Origin: Streptococcus phage K13
Direction: 5' to 3' (one strand)
Sequence record: HG799496.1
DNA length: 24,000 nucleotides
Of the stretch, positions 16,552-23,124 are shown piece by piece (the stretch's first letter is position 1; every line of letters begins with the position of its first letter). Both the position numbers and the translations under genes were made by a program. Under the pieces are notes generated by a model. It made no database searches, was not told where the DNA came from, and was given only the letters and a program-made list of their open reading frames with translations.

Positions 16552-16798
16552 CTTCCTGCTCCACCTCTTCAATTTTCACTTCGCTATTTAGACGTTTCAT
16601 GGCTTCATCTACCGACTTGCCGCCCAGGACGTCCTTGAGCATGTGGCTTACATCGTGCATTGTTTGAGCCTTCGCCTTGCTTCTTTCATCCTCTGGCATC
16701 AATCCGACATCTTGTAGAGCCAGAAAGGCTAAACTGACATCGTGCATTTCTTTCTGAAGCTGTTTGATTTTTTTGATTGTTTTTAGTGCTTTAAACAT
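16538..16798 (-). CDS. hypothetical phage protein
   Basis: 86 aa ORF. Confidence 0.6.
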   Translation of the reverse strand: MFKALKTIKKIKQLQKEMHDVSLAFLALQDVGLMPEDERSKAKAQTMHDVSHMLKDVLGGKSVDEAMKRLNSEVKIEEVEQEDDKD

Positions 16799-16810
16799 AT
16801 TGTTCTCCTT

Positions 16811-17065
16811 TTATTCTCCTACTTTCCAAATTCGGCAACGTGACTCAATTTCTGGTAGTTTTTCATTTTGATAAACCCAATCGTTACCATGAACACCTGA
16901 TGCGATGTAAGATATAGATTTTAAGTAATCAATCGCTTCTTCTTTTGTTCCAAAAACTCTTGCAATATAGTCTTGGTGCCCCGTCGGTAAGAAATCACGT
17001 CCAATCAAACTGAAATCCTCGTTTCCAGTTTCAGTATTCTTGACATAAATCGATATAATGTACAT
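16811..17065 (-). CDS. hypothetical phage protein
   Basis: 84 aa ORF. Confidence 0.6.
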   Translation of the reverse strand: MYIISIYVKNTETGNEDFSLIGRDFLPTGHQDYIARVFGTKEEAIDYLKSISYIASGVHGNDWVYQNEKLPEIESRCRIWKVGE

Positions 17066-17287
17066 CTACATTTCTCCTTGCAGTCTAGCCTTGATATCAA
17101 AGTTTTCTTTGTACTTGTAGGCAGCAAGCTCTTGTTTCAAATCGTAGTTTTCTTGCTCGAAAGCAAAGCGACGTTTGCGCTCCTCAAATAGGTCGGTCAT
17201 GAGTTCGACCGCTACCTCTCGCCAGTCAAGGTTGACTGCTTTAAGAACTACTTCAAGTCTGAGTTTTAACTTGGTAAGTAATTTCAT
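17066..17287 (-). CDS. hypothetical phage protein
   Basis: 73 aa ORF. Confidence 0.6.
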   Translation of the reverse strand: MKLLTKLKLRLEVVLKAVNLDWREVAVELMTDLFEERKRRFAFEQENYDLKQELAAYKYKENFDIKARLQGEM

Positions 17288-17448
17288 TAAGCTACGCCCT
17301 CCTCGTTAGATTGCTTGTTCATGCCTAAAATAATGTCATAGTAGGAATGACCAGCAGGGATGACATAGCCTGTCAAGTCTTCAATGACCGAACCATCTGC
17401 CATTATGTTTACAATTCTTGGTTTCCATTGCTCTTTTTTTCTCTTCAT
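17287..17448 (-). CDS. small hypothetical protein (53 aa)
   Basis: ORF not in track: MKRKKEQWKPRIVNIMADGSVIEDLTGYVIPAGHSYYDIILGMNKQSNEEGVA. Confidence 0.5.
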   Translation of the reverse strand: MKRKKEQWKPRIVNIMADGSVIEDLTGYVIPAGHSYYDIILGMNKQSNEEGVA

Positions 17449-17508
17449 GTTATAATTTCCTTGAATAATTTTGTTGAGCGCCTGATTGCCGTCAGGTGCT
17501 TTTTTATT

Positions 17509-17727
17509 TTATGTCGTATAGACACTTCCATTCGTCGCATAATACGTCAGCTCATTCATCTTATTAGTGAACCGTTCGTCTGTCGTAATCAGCAACCTCT
17601 CTTTAAGCAGGGTTGATAGTCCGTAAAATTGGCTTTCAAACTGTTCAATAGCCTGCTTGCGTTCCTCAGTAGTCAGTTGCTGACAAGGAGCGTCTCGAAG
17701 CTGTGTCTTTGCTGAACTTAAAAGCAT
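17509..17727 (-). CDS. hypothetical phage protein
   Basis: 72 aa ORF overlapping the DnaC-like gene end. Confidence 0.5.
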   Translation of the reverse strand: MLLSSAKTQLRDAPCQQLTTEERKQAIEQFESQFYGLSTLLKERLLITTDERFTNKMNELTYYATNGSVYTT

Positions 17728-18526
17728 TCGTCTTCATATTTCCTTTCGTTATTCTGTCAACGAGACTCTGCTCGTAAAGTTCTTTGAGGTGCTTACCTTC
17801 AAAATTAGTTGTGATAATTGTATTCGTCCTGTTTTCAAGTATTTGATACAGGACTTTCTGCATCCAGTTATTGCCTTGTCTGATTTCGTTCCCAACACTC
17901 GACTCTTTGCCTAGGTCGTCCAAAATCAAGAAGTCAACGTTTTGCAGGAATTTCACGACTGAGCGTTGTTCCCACTTAGAGTCCTTGTATTGAAAAGCCT
18001 CTTGCATTCGAGAAAACAGCTCCATGGATGGCATATAGACTACCGATTTCCGAACTTGGAGCATTTGAAAGCTCTCGTTTAAGGTTTTAGCTATCCCGAC
18101 GGCCAGATGGCTCTTGCCAACTCCAGGCGGTCCAGAGATAATCGTATTCCCTTCGTAGCGCTCTTTCACATAGTCAGCCGTGACTCGCTTAGCGAAATTG
18201 ACTGCTTTAGCATCCTGATTTGTATGGATTTCAAAATTTCCAACAGTCGCATTTTTCAAATCGTTTGGGATGATGCTCTCTTTCATAAAGAGAGAATATG
18301 ATCTCGTATCTCTGATTTGAGCTTCAGCAATAGCTAACTGTTCGCTTGCGTTCTGGTTGATAGTCTCTTGAACACATTCAGGACAATAGGTCAGCGTGTT
18401 GCGAGTGCAAGGGTTGATAGACCGCCACATGTATACACCTTCGTGTTTTGGACATTGCTGTTTCAAAGTCTCAACCTGCAAGGCTCTTTCTTGCAACTCT
18501 TTGCTTGATACTACTTGCATGCGCAC
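17666..18526 (-). CDS. dnaC: DnaC-like helicase loader, AAA+ ATPase
   Basis: 286 aa; Walker A GPPGVGKSHLAV, Walker B FLILDDLGKES, NTIITTNF; N-terminal CxxC..C zinc-like motif. Confidence 0.9.
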   Translation of the reverse strand: MRMQVVSSKELQERALQVETLKQQCPKHEGVYMWRSINPCTRNTLTYCPECVQETINQNASEQLAIAEAQIRDTRSYSLFMKESIIPNDLKNATVGNFEIHTNQDAKAVNFAKRVTADYVKERYEGNTIISGPPGVGKSHLAVGIAKTLNESFQMLQVRKSVVYMPSMELFSRMQEAFQYKDSKWEQRSVVKFLQNVDFLILDDLGKESSVGNEIRQGNNWMQKVLYQILENRTNTIITTNFEGKHLKELYEQSLVDRITKGNMKTNAFKFSKDTASRRSLSATDY

Positions 18527-18529
18527 CCC

Positions 18530-19381
18530 CTAAAATCCAAGCCGTGGATCAAATCCATCATCGGATAATCTCAAGCGACCGTTCGACTTATTGTTTGACC
18601 GAGTAGGCTTCTGCCTGTTCTCTACCAGTTCAACAGTCGTTAAACCTTTCTGTTTCCAGTCTCTCAATATACTTTCAAGATATTTAAAGTAAGGCTTACC
18701 ATTGCCCACACATTCCTTGATGGCTAACTTGATAACCTCTTTACTATGGTCTTGTAAGAAGTATTTCAAGTCCTCAATTTCAAATGGTGTCGGGTATCGT
18801 CCGAATTCTGAAAAAATCCAATCATGAACAATTCCTAAGTCGTTTTCTGCGGGGGCGTCCTCTATACTATATAGATTATTAGCACCCACCCCCTCTGGTT
18901 CAATCAGGTTGGTTATATAAGGGTGGTTATTATCAGGTTGGTTAGACTTAATATTTTTAAGTTCTTGAACTAAAATTTCTTTAGTTCCCCCCTTAATATT
19001 TTTAAGTTCTTGAACTAAAATTTCTTTAGTTCTGATTTTCTGAGGATATAGCAAATTCGCCAATCTAACGCCCTGTCTTTTTTCTTTCAAAAGACCATGT
19101 TCTATCAGTTGCTTTTTTAATTTGATTACAACTGGCTCGCTTTTTTTTATCCACTTACCAATTTCTTCGTTAGTAGCTACAACGTACAGATATCCATCTT
19201 TATCAGTAAAATGTTGCTTATTTTTTCGAGATAATGAAACGCGATCGGTCAAAATACCATAAACCATAACAGCCAGCGGATCTAAATCTGAAAAATAATC
19301 ATCTTCTAGCAGCCGATACGGGATTTTAAAGTATCTTTCGTGATTATCCATGTCTATCTCTGTAAAATATTGTTCATTCAT
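18530..19381 (-). CDS. phage replication initiator / replisome organizer (RepA-N-like with DnaD-like C-terminus)
   Basis: 283 aa; YFKIPYRLLEDDYFSDLDPLAVMVYGILTDRVSLS...; C-terminal FSEFGRYPTPFEIEDLKYFLQDHSKEVIKLAIKECV...YLESILRDWKQKG. Confidence 0.85.
   Translation of the reverse strand: MNEQYFTEIDMDNHERYFKIPYRLLEDDYFSDLDPLAVMVYGILTDRVSLSRKNKQHFTDKDGYLYVVATNEEIGKWIKKSEPVVIKLKKQLIEHGLLKEKRQGVRLANLLYPQKIRTKEILVQELKNIKGGTKEILVQELKNIKSNQPDNNHPYITNLIEPEGVGANNLYSIEDAPAENDLGIVHDWIFSEFGRYPTPFEIEDLKYFLQDHSKEVIKLAIKECVGNGKPYFKYLESILRDWKQKGLTTVELVENRQKPTRSNNKSNGRLRLSDDGFDPRLGF
18948..19031. repeat. two perfect 39-bp direct repeats (period 45 bp), iteron-like candidate
   Basis: TTAATATTTTTAAGTTCTTGAACTAAAATTTCTTTAGTT at 18948-18986 and 18993-19031, inside the initiator gene; encodes duplicated TKEILVQELKNIK. 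Confidence 0.9.
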
Positions 19382-19605
19382 ACCTCTCCTAAACTATGAT
19401 TTAATTCGTATTTTTTTCCTAAAAAAATAAAATCCTTTTCGACATTGTATAGTCGAGCAAGTTTGTCTAAAAGATCCATTGGAATTTTCGAACTATCATG
19501 CTCGTACTTCAACAGTGTTTGTTGATGAATATTAAGTTTGTCGGCAACTTCTTTTGCAGATAAATTATAATTTGTTCTTATTGCTCTCAATGTCATTTTC
19601 GGCAC
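19378..19605 (-). CDS. XRE-type HTH regulator
   Basis: 75 aa; AIRTNYNLSAKEVADKLNIHQQTLLKYEHDSSKIPMDLLDKLARLYNVEKDFIF. Confidence 0.85.
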   Translation of the reverse strand: MPKMTLRAIRTNYNLSAKEVADKLNIHQQTLLKYEHDSSKIPMDLLDKLARLYNVEKDFIFLGKKYELNHSLGEV

Positions 19606-19651
19606 ATTCCTACCTCCTTATTTTTCTATTTGTTCCTCGCAATTCTGCTAT

Positions 19652-19657
19652 AATAAA
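19652..19657 (+). promoter_or_regulatory. extended -10 element (TGCTATAAT) for the 68-aa plus-strand gene; coordinates approximate
   Basis: sequence ctgctataataaaagcagaaaggaggtaatgttatg. Confidence 0.4.
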
Positions 19658-19677
19658 AGCAGAAAGGAGGTAATGTT

Positions 19678-19884
19678 ATGACTGATTATCAATTAGAAGC
19701 TTCTCTGATTGTCCTTGGCAAAGAGTACGAAAGAGCCAAGAAAGATGGTAAAGAAAGCTTCAGTATACATGTGTCGTTCTTTGATGGACTAGATACTAAT
19801 TTCCATCTTCAAGAGTTTGCAAGACAATATCCCGTAAGGATTGTCCGTTCGAAGCCTTTCCAAATAACTTTTCTAATAAAGTAA
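19678..19884 (+). CDS. small hypothetical protein, opposite strand to the early operon
   Basis: 68 aa with strong GAAAGGAGG RBS and extended -10 upstream; overlaps the 19796-20086 minus-strand ORF tail-to-tail. Confidence 0.6.
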   Translation: MTDYQLEASLIVLGKEYERAKKDGKESFSIHVSFFDGLDTNFHLQEFARQYPVRIVRSKPFQITFLIK

Positions 19885-20086
19885 TATCATTTAGAGGGAA
19901 GGGATTGGTTTCAACTCTATCGTTAAACGTTAAAACAACTTCACAACTCTCTAGAAAACGATTCGTAAATTCCACTCGCTCTACTCCGTCCAAAAACATT
20001 CCATCGACGAATACAGCAGGGTGGGTTTTTCTTGCCGTCAGCAGCACATCGTGCTCTGATGTATTTATCGCAATCGTTTTTGTCAT
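19796..20086 (-). CDS. hypothetical phage protein
   Basis: 96 aa; coupled to the preceding small ORF by ATGA overlap. Confidence 0.6.
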   Translation of the reverse strand: MTKTIAINTSEHDVLLTARKTHPAVFVDGMFLDGVERVEFTNRFLESCEVVLTFNDRVETNPFPLNDITLLEKLFGKASNGQSLRDIVLQTLEDGN

Positions 20087-20229
20087 ACCTTCGTCTCACT
20101 CTCTAGCGCCCTGAGTTCTATCTCATGGCTGACTTGTTTCAATAGCTTCTCACACGCTATTTTAGCTTCTCTGTACGTTGTGTTTTCGCTGATGAAGTAA
20201 TCAGCAAGTTCGATGATTTTATCTTCCAT
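20083..20229 (-). CDS. small hypothetical protein (48 aa)
   Basis: ORF not in track: MEDKIIELADYFISENTTYREAKIACEKLLKQVSHEIELRALESETKV; GGAG RBS. Confidence 0.5.
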   Translation of the reverse strand: MEDKIIELADYFISENTTYREAKIACEKLLKQVSHEIELRALESETKV

Positions 20230-20237
20230 GACCGTCT

Positions 20238-20260
20238 CCAAAAATCGGTCTTAAGACCGA
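20238..20260 (-). terminator. intrinsic terminator-like perfect 16-bp palindrome followed by T run on minus strand
   Basis: minus strand TCGGTCTTAAGACCGA-TTTTTGG, within the early operon upstream of the 48-aa gene. Confidence 0.5.
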
Positions 20261-20319
20261 TGTAACCCCTTCAAAAACAGTATATATTTATATTATCCTT
20301 AACAAGAAAGGAGCTGATG

Positions 20320-20625
20320 CAAATTGGCAAAATTTTTGAAGGGGACTGTGGTTCAGTGATTCAGTTTGGCTAGGTAACCAACGCGTTTTTACTGCGAGTG
20401 TGACTGCACGGAGCCTGTCGCTGACTATAAGAGGGACTGCAGCTCTGCTTATAGCGGGACTGACAGATAACTACCGAGCGACACTCAAAGACTAGCCAAA
20501 CCACGTTGATTGCAGTGCTGGACGCATGACCAGCGAAGTTTCAACCAGTTGCTTTACACCGACTGTGAAACCTTATCAAAGTGTGCAAGTCTTGACCTAG
20601 TGTAAAGTAGGTTAAGACTTTTTTT
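20320..20625 (+). ncRNA. candidate ~300-nt structured plus-strand ncRNA with intrinsic terminator
   Basis: long-range helix GTTTGGCTAG/CTAGCCAAAC (20364-20373/20492-20501), GAGTGT/ACACTC, GTCGCT/AGCGAC, CTATAAG/CTTATAG, GCTGG/CCAGC, GTTTCA..CAGT/ACTGTGAAAC; terminator 20588-20625. Confidence 0.6.
20588..20625 (+). terminator. intrinsic terminator, plus strand
   Basis: AGTCTTGACCTA-GTGTAAAG-TAGGTTAAGACT followed by TTTTTT; G-U pair only forms in the plus-sense RNA. Confidence 0.85.
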
Positions 20626-20746
20626 ATTGCTCAGGAACTTGTGAATCGTTCAAAGAAATCTTAGAATCTAGTTCGTCCACTTTCTCAGCAATATATGTCA
20701 CGGTCCTCAATATCTCATTGAGGGCTGTTCTTTCTAATTCGTCCAT
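20624..20746 (-). CDS. small hypothetical protein (40 aa)
   Basis: ORF not in track: MDELERTALNEILRTVTYIAEKVDELDSKISLNDSQVPEQ; AAAGGAGAAGAAAG RBS. Confidence 0.5.
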   Translation of the reverse strand: MDELERTALNEILRTVTYIAEKVDELDSKISLNDSQVPEQ

Positions 20747-20819
20747 CTTTCTTCTCCTTTCTTTTTCTTTTGCTCTATGAGCAACAACCTGCCAAGGATT
20801 CGAACCTTGGTGATACCAA

Positions 20820-21095
20820 TCAGGCTACATTCATTTTGTCCTGCATTCCTACAAATGCTGCATCGAAACGAATATCATCGATTTCATCTTGAGTAAAACC
20901 AGAATCGAGAAGGTAACGCTCTTGGCACTCGATCTCTTCTGCTAACTCTGTCCATCCGAAAGCGAACTGACGGCAGTTAGTACAGAAAGCTTCAAGTTTG
21001 CTATAGAGGAAAATTTCCTCGTAAGTGCCTTGGATTAAAGTTTCCTTAGCTACTGCTTTGAAGATGTTGATTGCTTTCTCGTTTAATGTGTTCAT
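20820..21095 (-). CDS. hypothetical protein, first gene of the lytic early operon
   Basis: 91 aa; CGGAGGG RBS, immediately downstream of consensus promoter. Confidence 0.65.
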   Translation of the reverse strand: MNTLNEKAINIFKAVAKETLIQGTYEEIFLYSKLEAFCTNCRQFAFGWTELAEEIECQERYLLDSGFTQDEIDDIRFDAAFVGMQDKMNVA

Positions 21096-21143
21096 GGTGT
21101 TTCCCTCCGATTTGTTTTTTGTTATTTCCTTAAGCTTGATTAT

Positions 21144-21172
21144 ATTATACTACGATTTAAATCGTATGTCAA
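21144..21172 (-). promoter_or_regulatory. consensus sigma-70 promoter (PR-like) with palindromic operator in the spacer
   Basis: minus strand TTGACA-17 bp-TATAAT; spacer contains perfect palindrome ACGATTTAAATCGT (21152-21165). Confidence 0.85.
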
Positions 21173-21176
21173 TAAC

Positions 21177-21212
21177 TTTTTCGAATTTTTTCGTAATTTT
21201 TTCGAATTTTTT
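21177..21212. promoter_or_regulatory. paired operator-like sites TTTTTCGAATTTTTT spaced 21 bp
   Basis: TTCGAA cores at 21180-21185 and 21201-21206, between divergent promoters. Confidence 0.45.
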
Positions 21213-21213
21213 A

Positions 21214-21242
21214 TTTACAAAATCGAAAATAAACGGTATTAT
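21214..21242 (+). promoter_or_regulatory. repressor-maintenance promoter (PRM-like)
   Basis: TTTACA (21214-21219)-17 bp-TATTAT (21237-21242). Confidence 0.7.
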
Positions 21243-21276
21243 GTATTATATAGTAAAGAAGATAGGAGGAAAAAAC

Positions 21277-22080
21277 ATGGCAAGAGGACGAGGAAAATTA
21301 ACTCCTCAAGATAAAGAGGATATGAAAGTCTTTTCCGCAAATCTTAACTCAATTTTATCTGATAGAAATTGTAAACAAGCTGAGCTATCTCGAGCGACAG
21401 GAATACCACCTAGCACATTGACAGGGTATGTAAAAGGAACTTCTTTGCCAATCCCTGGCAATGTTCAAAAAATTGCAGATTTTTTTGGAGTACCTAAATC
21501 TGTATTAGACCCTAGATTTGTAACTAATAATTCTATGGTCGATGACTCTTCTTCTAATACTTCCTCTATCCAAACCATCTACGACCAACTAGAACCGCCT
21601 AGACAAGGCAAAGTCCTGACTTTTGCCGAGAGGCAACTAAAAGAGCAAAACAAAGAAGAAACGAAGATAAACGAAGTATCGGAGAACATCATCAGACTGG
21701 ACGACTACAGACAGACTACTTACCGACGTGTTACTGGGGTTGTCTCTGCTGGTAGTGGTTCGATACAGGACGACGATTTAGATATGGAGGTTTCGTTCTA
21801 TGAGGATGAAATCCCAGACGACTACGACGCTATCGCTTATGTCGTCGGCAACTCTATGGAGCCAAAGATAAAGAATGGTGACTATCTTTTTATAAAGAAT
21901 ACCCAACAGGTTGATTATAACACTATCGGCATCTTCCAAGTAGACGGCGCTAACTATGTTAAGAAACTGCGTCAGGGATATCTGGAAAGCTTGAATCCAG
22001 ATTATGAGGATATACACCTAGACGAAAGCAACGACATCCGAACTATTGGGGAAGTTGTCAGTGTGTATAGAGAGAAATAA
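21277..22080 (+). CDS. cI: CI-like repressor, XRE HTH plus S24/LexA-type peptidase domain
   Basis: 267 aa from ATG at 21277 (AGGAGG RBS; the 351-aa track ORF start is not supported); QAELSRATGIPPSTLTGYVKG HTH; VVSAGSG cleavage-like site, VGNSMEPKIKNGD Ser and VKKL Lys motifs. Confidence 0.92.
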   Translation: MARGRGKLTPQDKEDMKVFSANLNSILSDRNCKQAELSRATGIPPSTLTGYVKGTSLPIPGNVQKIADFFGVPKSVLDPRFVTNNSMVDDSSSNTSSIQTIYDQLEPPRQGKVLTFAERQLKEQNKEETKINEVSENIIRLDDYRQTTYRRVTGVVSAGSGSIQDDDLDMEVSFYEDEIPDDYDAIAYVVGNSMEPKIKNGDYLFIKNTQQVDYNTIGIFQVDGANYVKKLRQGYLESLNPDYEDIHLDESNDIRTIGEVVSVYREK

Positions 22081-22081
22081 A

Positions 22082-22846
22082 ATGAGTAAAGAAAATCCAT
22101 ATTTTGAACAAACCAAACAAAACTACATAGAAGTTGAAAAACTCTATAAACTTGGTAAAGCAAAACATACATCTTCTAAATACCGATTTCTTGCACCAGC
22201 AGTTAAAAGACAATCTGAACAATTCTTGTTTGAAGCTAAGACTCAAAAAAGAAAATATTGGAAATTCAATCGTGGCTCTCTGATATTCGTAGAGTTCGGT
22301 GTAAATATAGGCGGAGAATTATCAAATAACCATTGGGCTATTGTCTTAGACAAGGTAGATAGTCCCTATAAAAAAACACTCACAGTAATTCCTCTAACAT
22401 CTAAAAATCAAATAGATACCGTACTCATAGACGAAATCATTGCGGAATATCCTTCTATTTTGCTTGATGAATATATTGAAAAATTACACAAAGAATTATT
22501 TGCCTACCTAAAATATTTAGATTCCAATAATGCAATTACTGAAGCTGCCTTATCGGATGTCTACCAAGCTTATACAGAGCAATTTTCAAACGAAATAATT
22601 CAACCTAAGATAGTAGACGATGACAACCTTAAACGGACACAATCAGAAATAACTGACATTATTGAATTAACTCAATACTACAAAAAATACATTAAGCGTT
22701 CTTATGCCAAGTGTAATAACCTTCAAACAATCAGCAAAGATAGAATTTTAAAGAAAAATAGATTAGATCCAATCGGAAAAATGAAAGTATCTGATAACAC
22801 ATTGGACAAAATTAACGAAAAGTTAAAAGAATTATACCTTTTCTAA
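22082..22846 (+). CDS. PemK/MazF-like toxin-family protein with extended C-terminal helical region
   Basis: 254 aa from ATG 22082 directly after cI stop; KYWKFNRGSLIFVEFGVNIGGELSNNHWAIVLDKVDSPYKKTLTVIPLTSK. Confidence 0.75.
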   Translation: MSKENPYFEQTKQNYIEVEKLYKLGKAKHTSSKYRFLAPAVKRQSEQFLFEAKTQKRKYWKFNRGSLIFVEFGVNIGGELSNNHWAIVLDKVDSPYKKTLTVIPLTSKNQIDTVLIDEIIAEYPSILLDEYIEKLHKELFAYLKYLDSNNAITEAALSDVYQAYTEQFSNEIIQPKIVDDDNLKRTQSEITDIIELTQYYKKYIKRSYAKCNNLQTISKDRILKKNRLDPIGKMKVSDNTLDKINEKLKELYLF

Positions 22847-22850
22847 TCTC

Positions 22851-22879
22851 TTGACATTTCTTAATAATTATATTACAAT
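22851..22879 (+). promoter_or_regulatory. near-consensus promoter TTGACA-17-TACAAT
   Basis: TTGACA 22851-22856, TACAAT 22874-22879. Confidence 0.75.
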
Positions 22880-22885
22880 ACAGCT

Positions 22886-22975
22886 ATTAGGAGTTTAGCT
22901 CCATAAAGTTTACATTTGGATTTTAGATCCATAACGTGATGGTAGCCGTATTTGATACGGCTACTTTTCTTTTTA
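22886..22975 (+). ncRNA. candidate ~90-nt sRNA with tandem GGA(G/T)-TTTAG-(C/A)TCC hairpins and terminator
   Basis: GGAGTTTAGCTCCATAA (22890-22906) and GGATTTTAGATCCATAA (22918-22934); terminator TAGCCGTA-TTTGA-TACGGCTA-CTTTTCTTTTT (22943-22974). Confidence 0.6.
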
Positions 22976-22980
22976 TCTAG

Positions 22981-23015
22981 CAACTGTTTCCATTTTGGAA
23001 ACAACTCAAAAAAGC
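22981..23015 (+). repeat. copy B of dispersed 34/35-nt repeat containing perfect dyad GTTTCC-ATTTT-GGAAAC
   Basis: CAACTGTTTCCATTTTGGAAACAACTCAAAAAAGC; copy A at 13796-13829 on minus strand. Confidence 0.9.
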
Positions 23016-23124
23016 CCCACGCTCAGAAGTTTGGCGACCGAGAGCGTGAGGCTAGGAGCAAGAAAAAAGCATTAAAAAGCTGTTTTTCTTGTACCTATTT
23101 TATCAAAAAAGGGGTACAAATTCA

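Noticed and set aside
18948-19031. CRISPR-like interpretation of the 39-bp repeats
   Set aside because: Only two copies, 6-bp separation, in-frame in a coding gene; no cas genes anywhere in the window.
20785-20860. Complete tRNA gene around the 20792-20810 T-arm
   Set aside because: No matching acceptor or anticodon arm; the rest overlaps the 3' end of the 91-aa ORF.
21025-21276. N-terminal extension of the 351-aa repressor ORF
   Set aside because: Crosses the mapped promoters/operators; the AGGAGG RBS and ATG at 21277 give the normal CI-like start.
22058-22246. Minus-strand 62-aa ORF at the start of the MazF-like gene, and 21778-22017 minus
   Set aside because: Antisense to well supported cI/MazF-like coding sequence without RBS or domain support.
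23089-23119. attP/attL candidate upstream of integrase (TTGTACC/GGTACAA)
   Set aside because: No second att copy visible in the window and the integrase end of the prophage lies beyond 24000; kept only as a leader structure.
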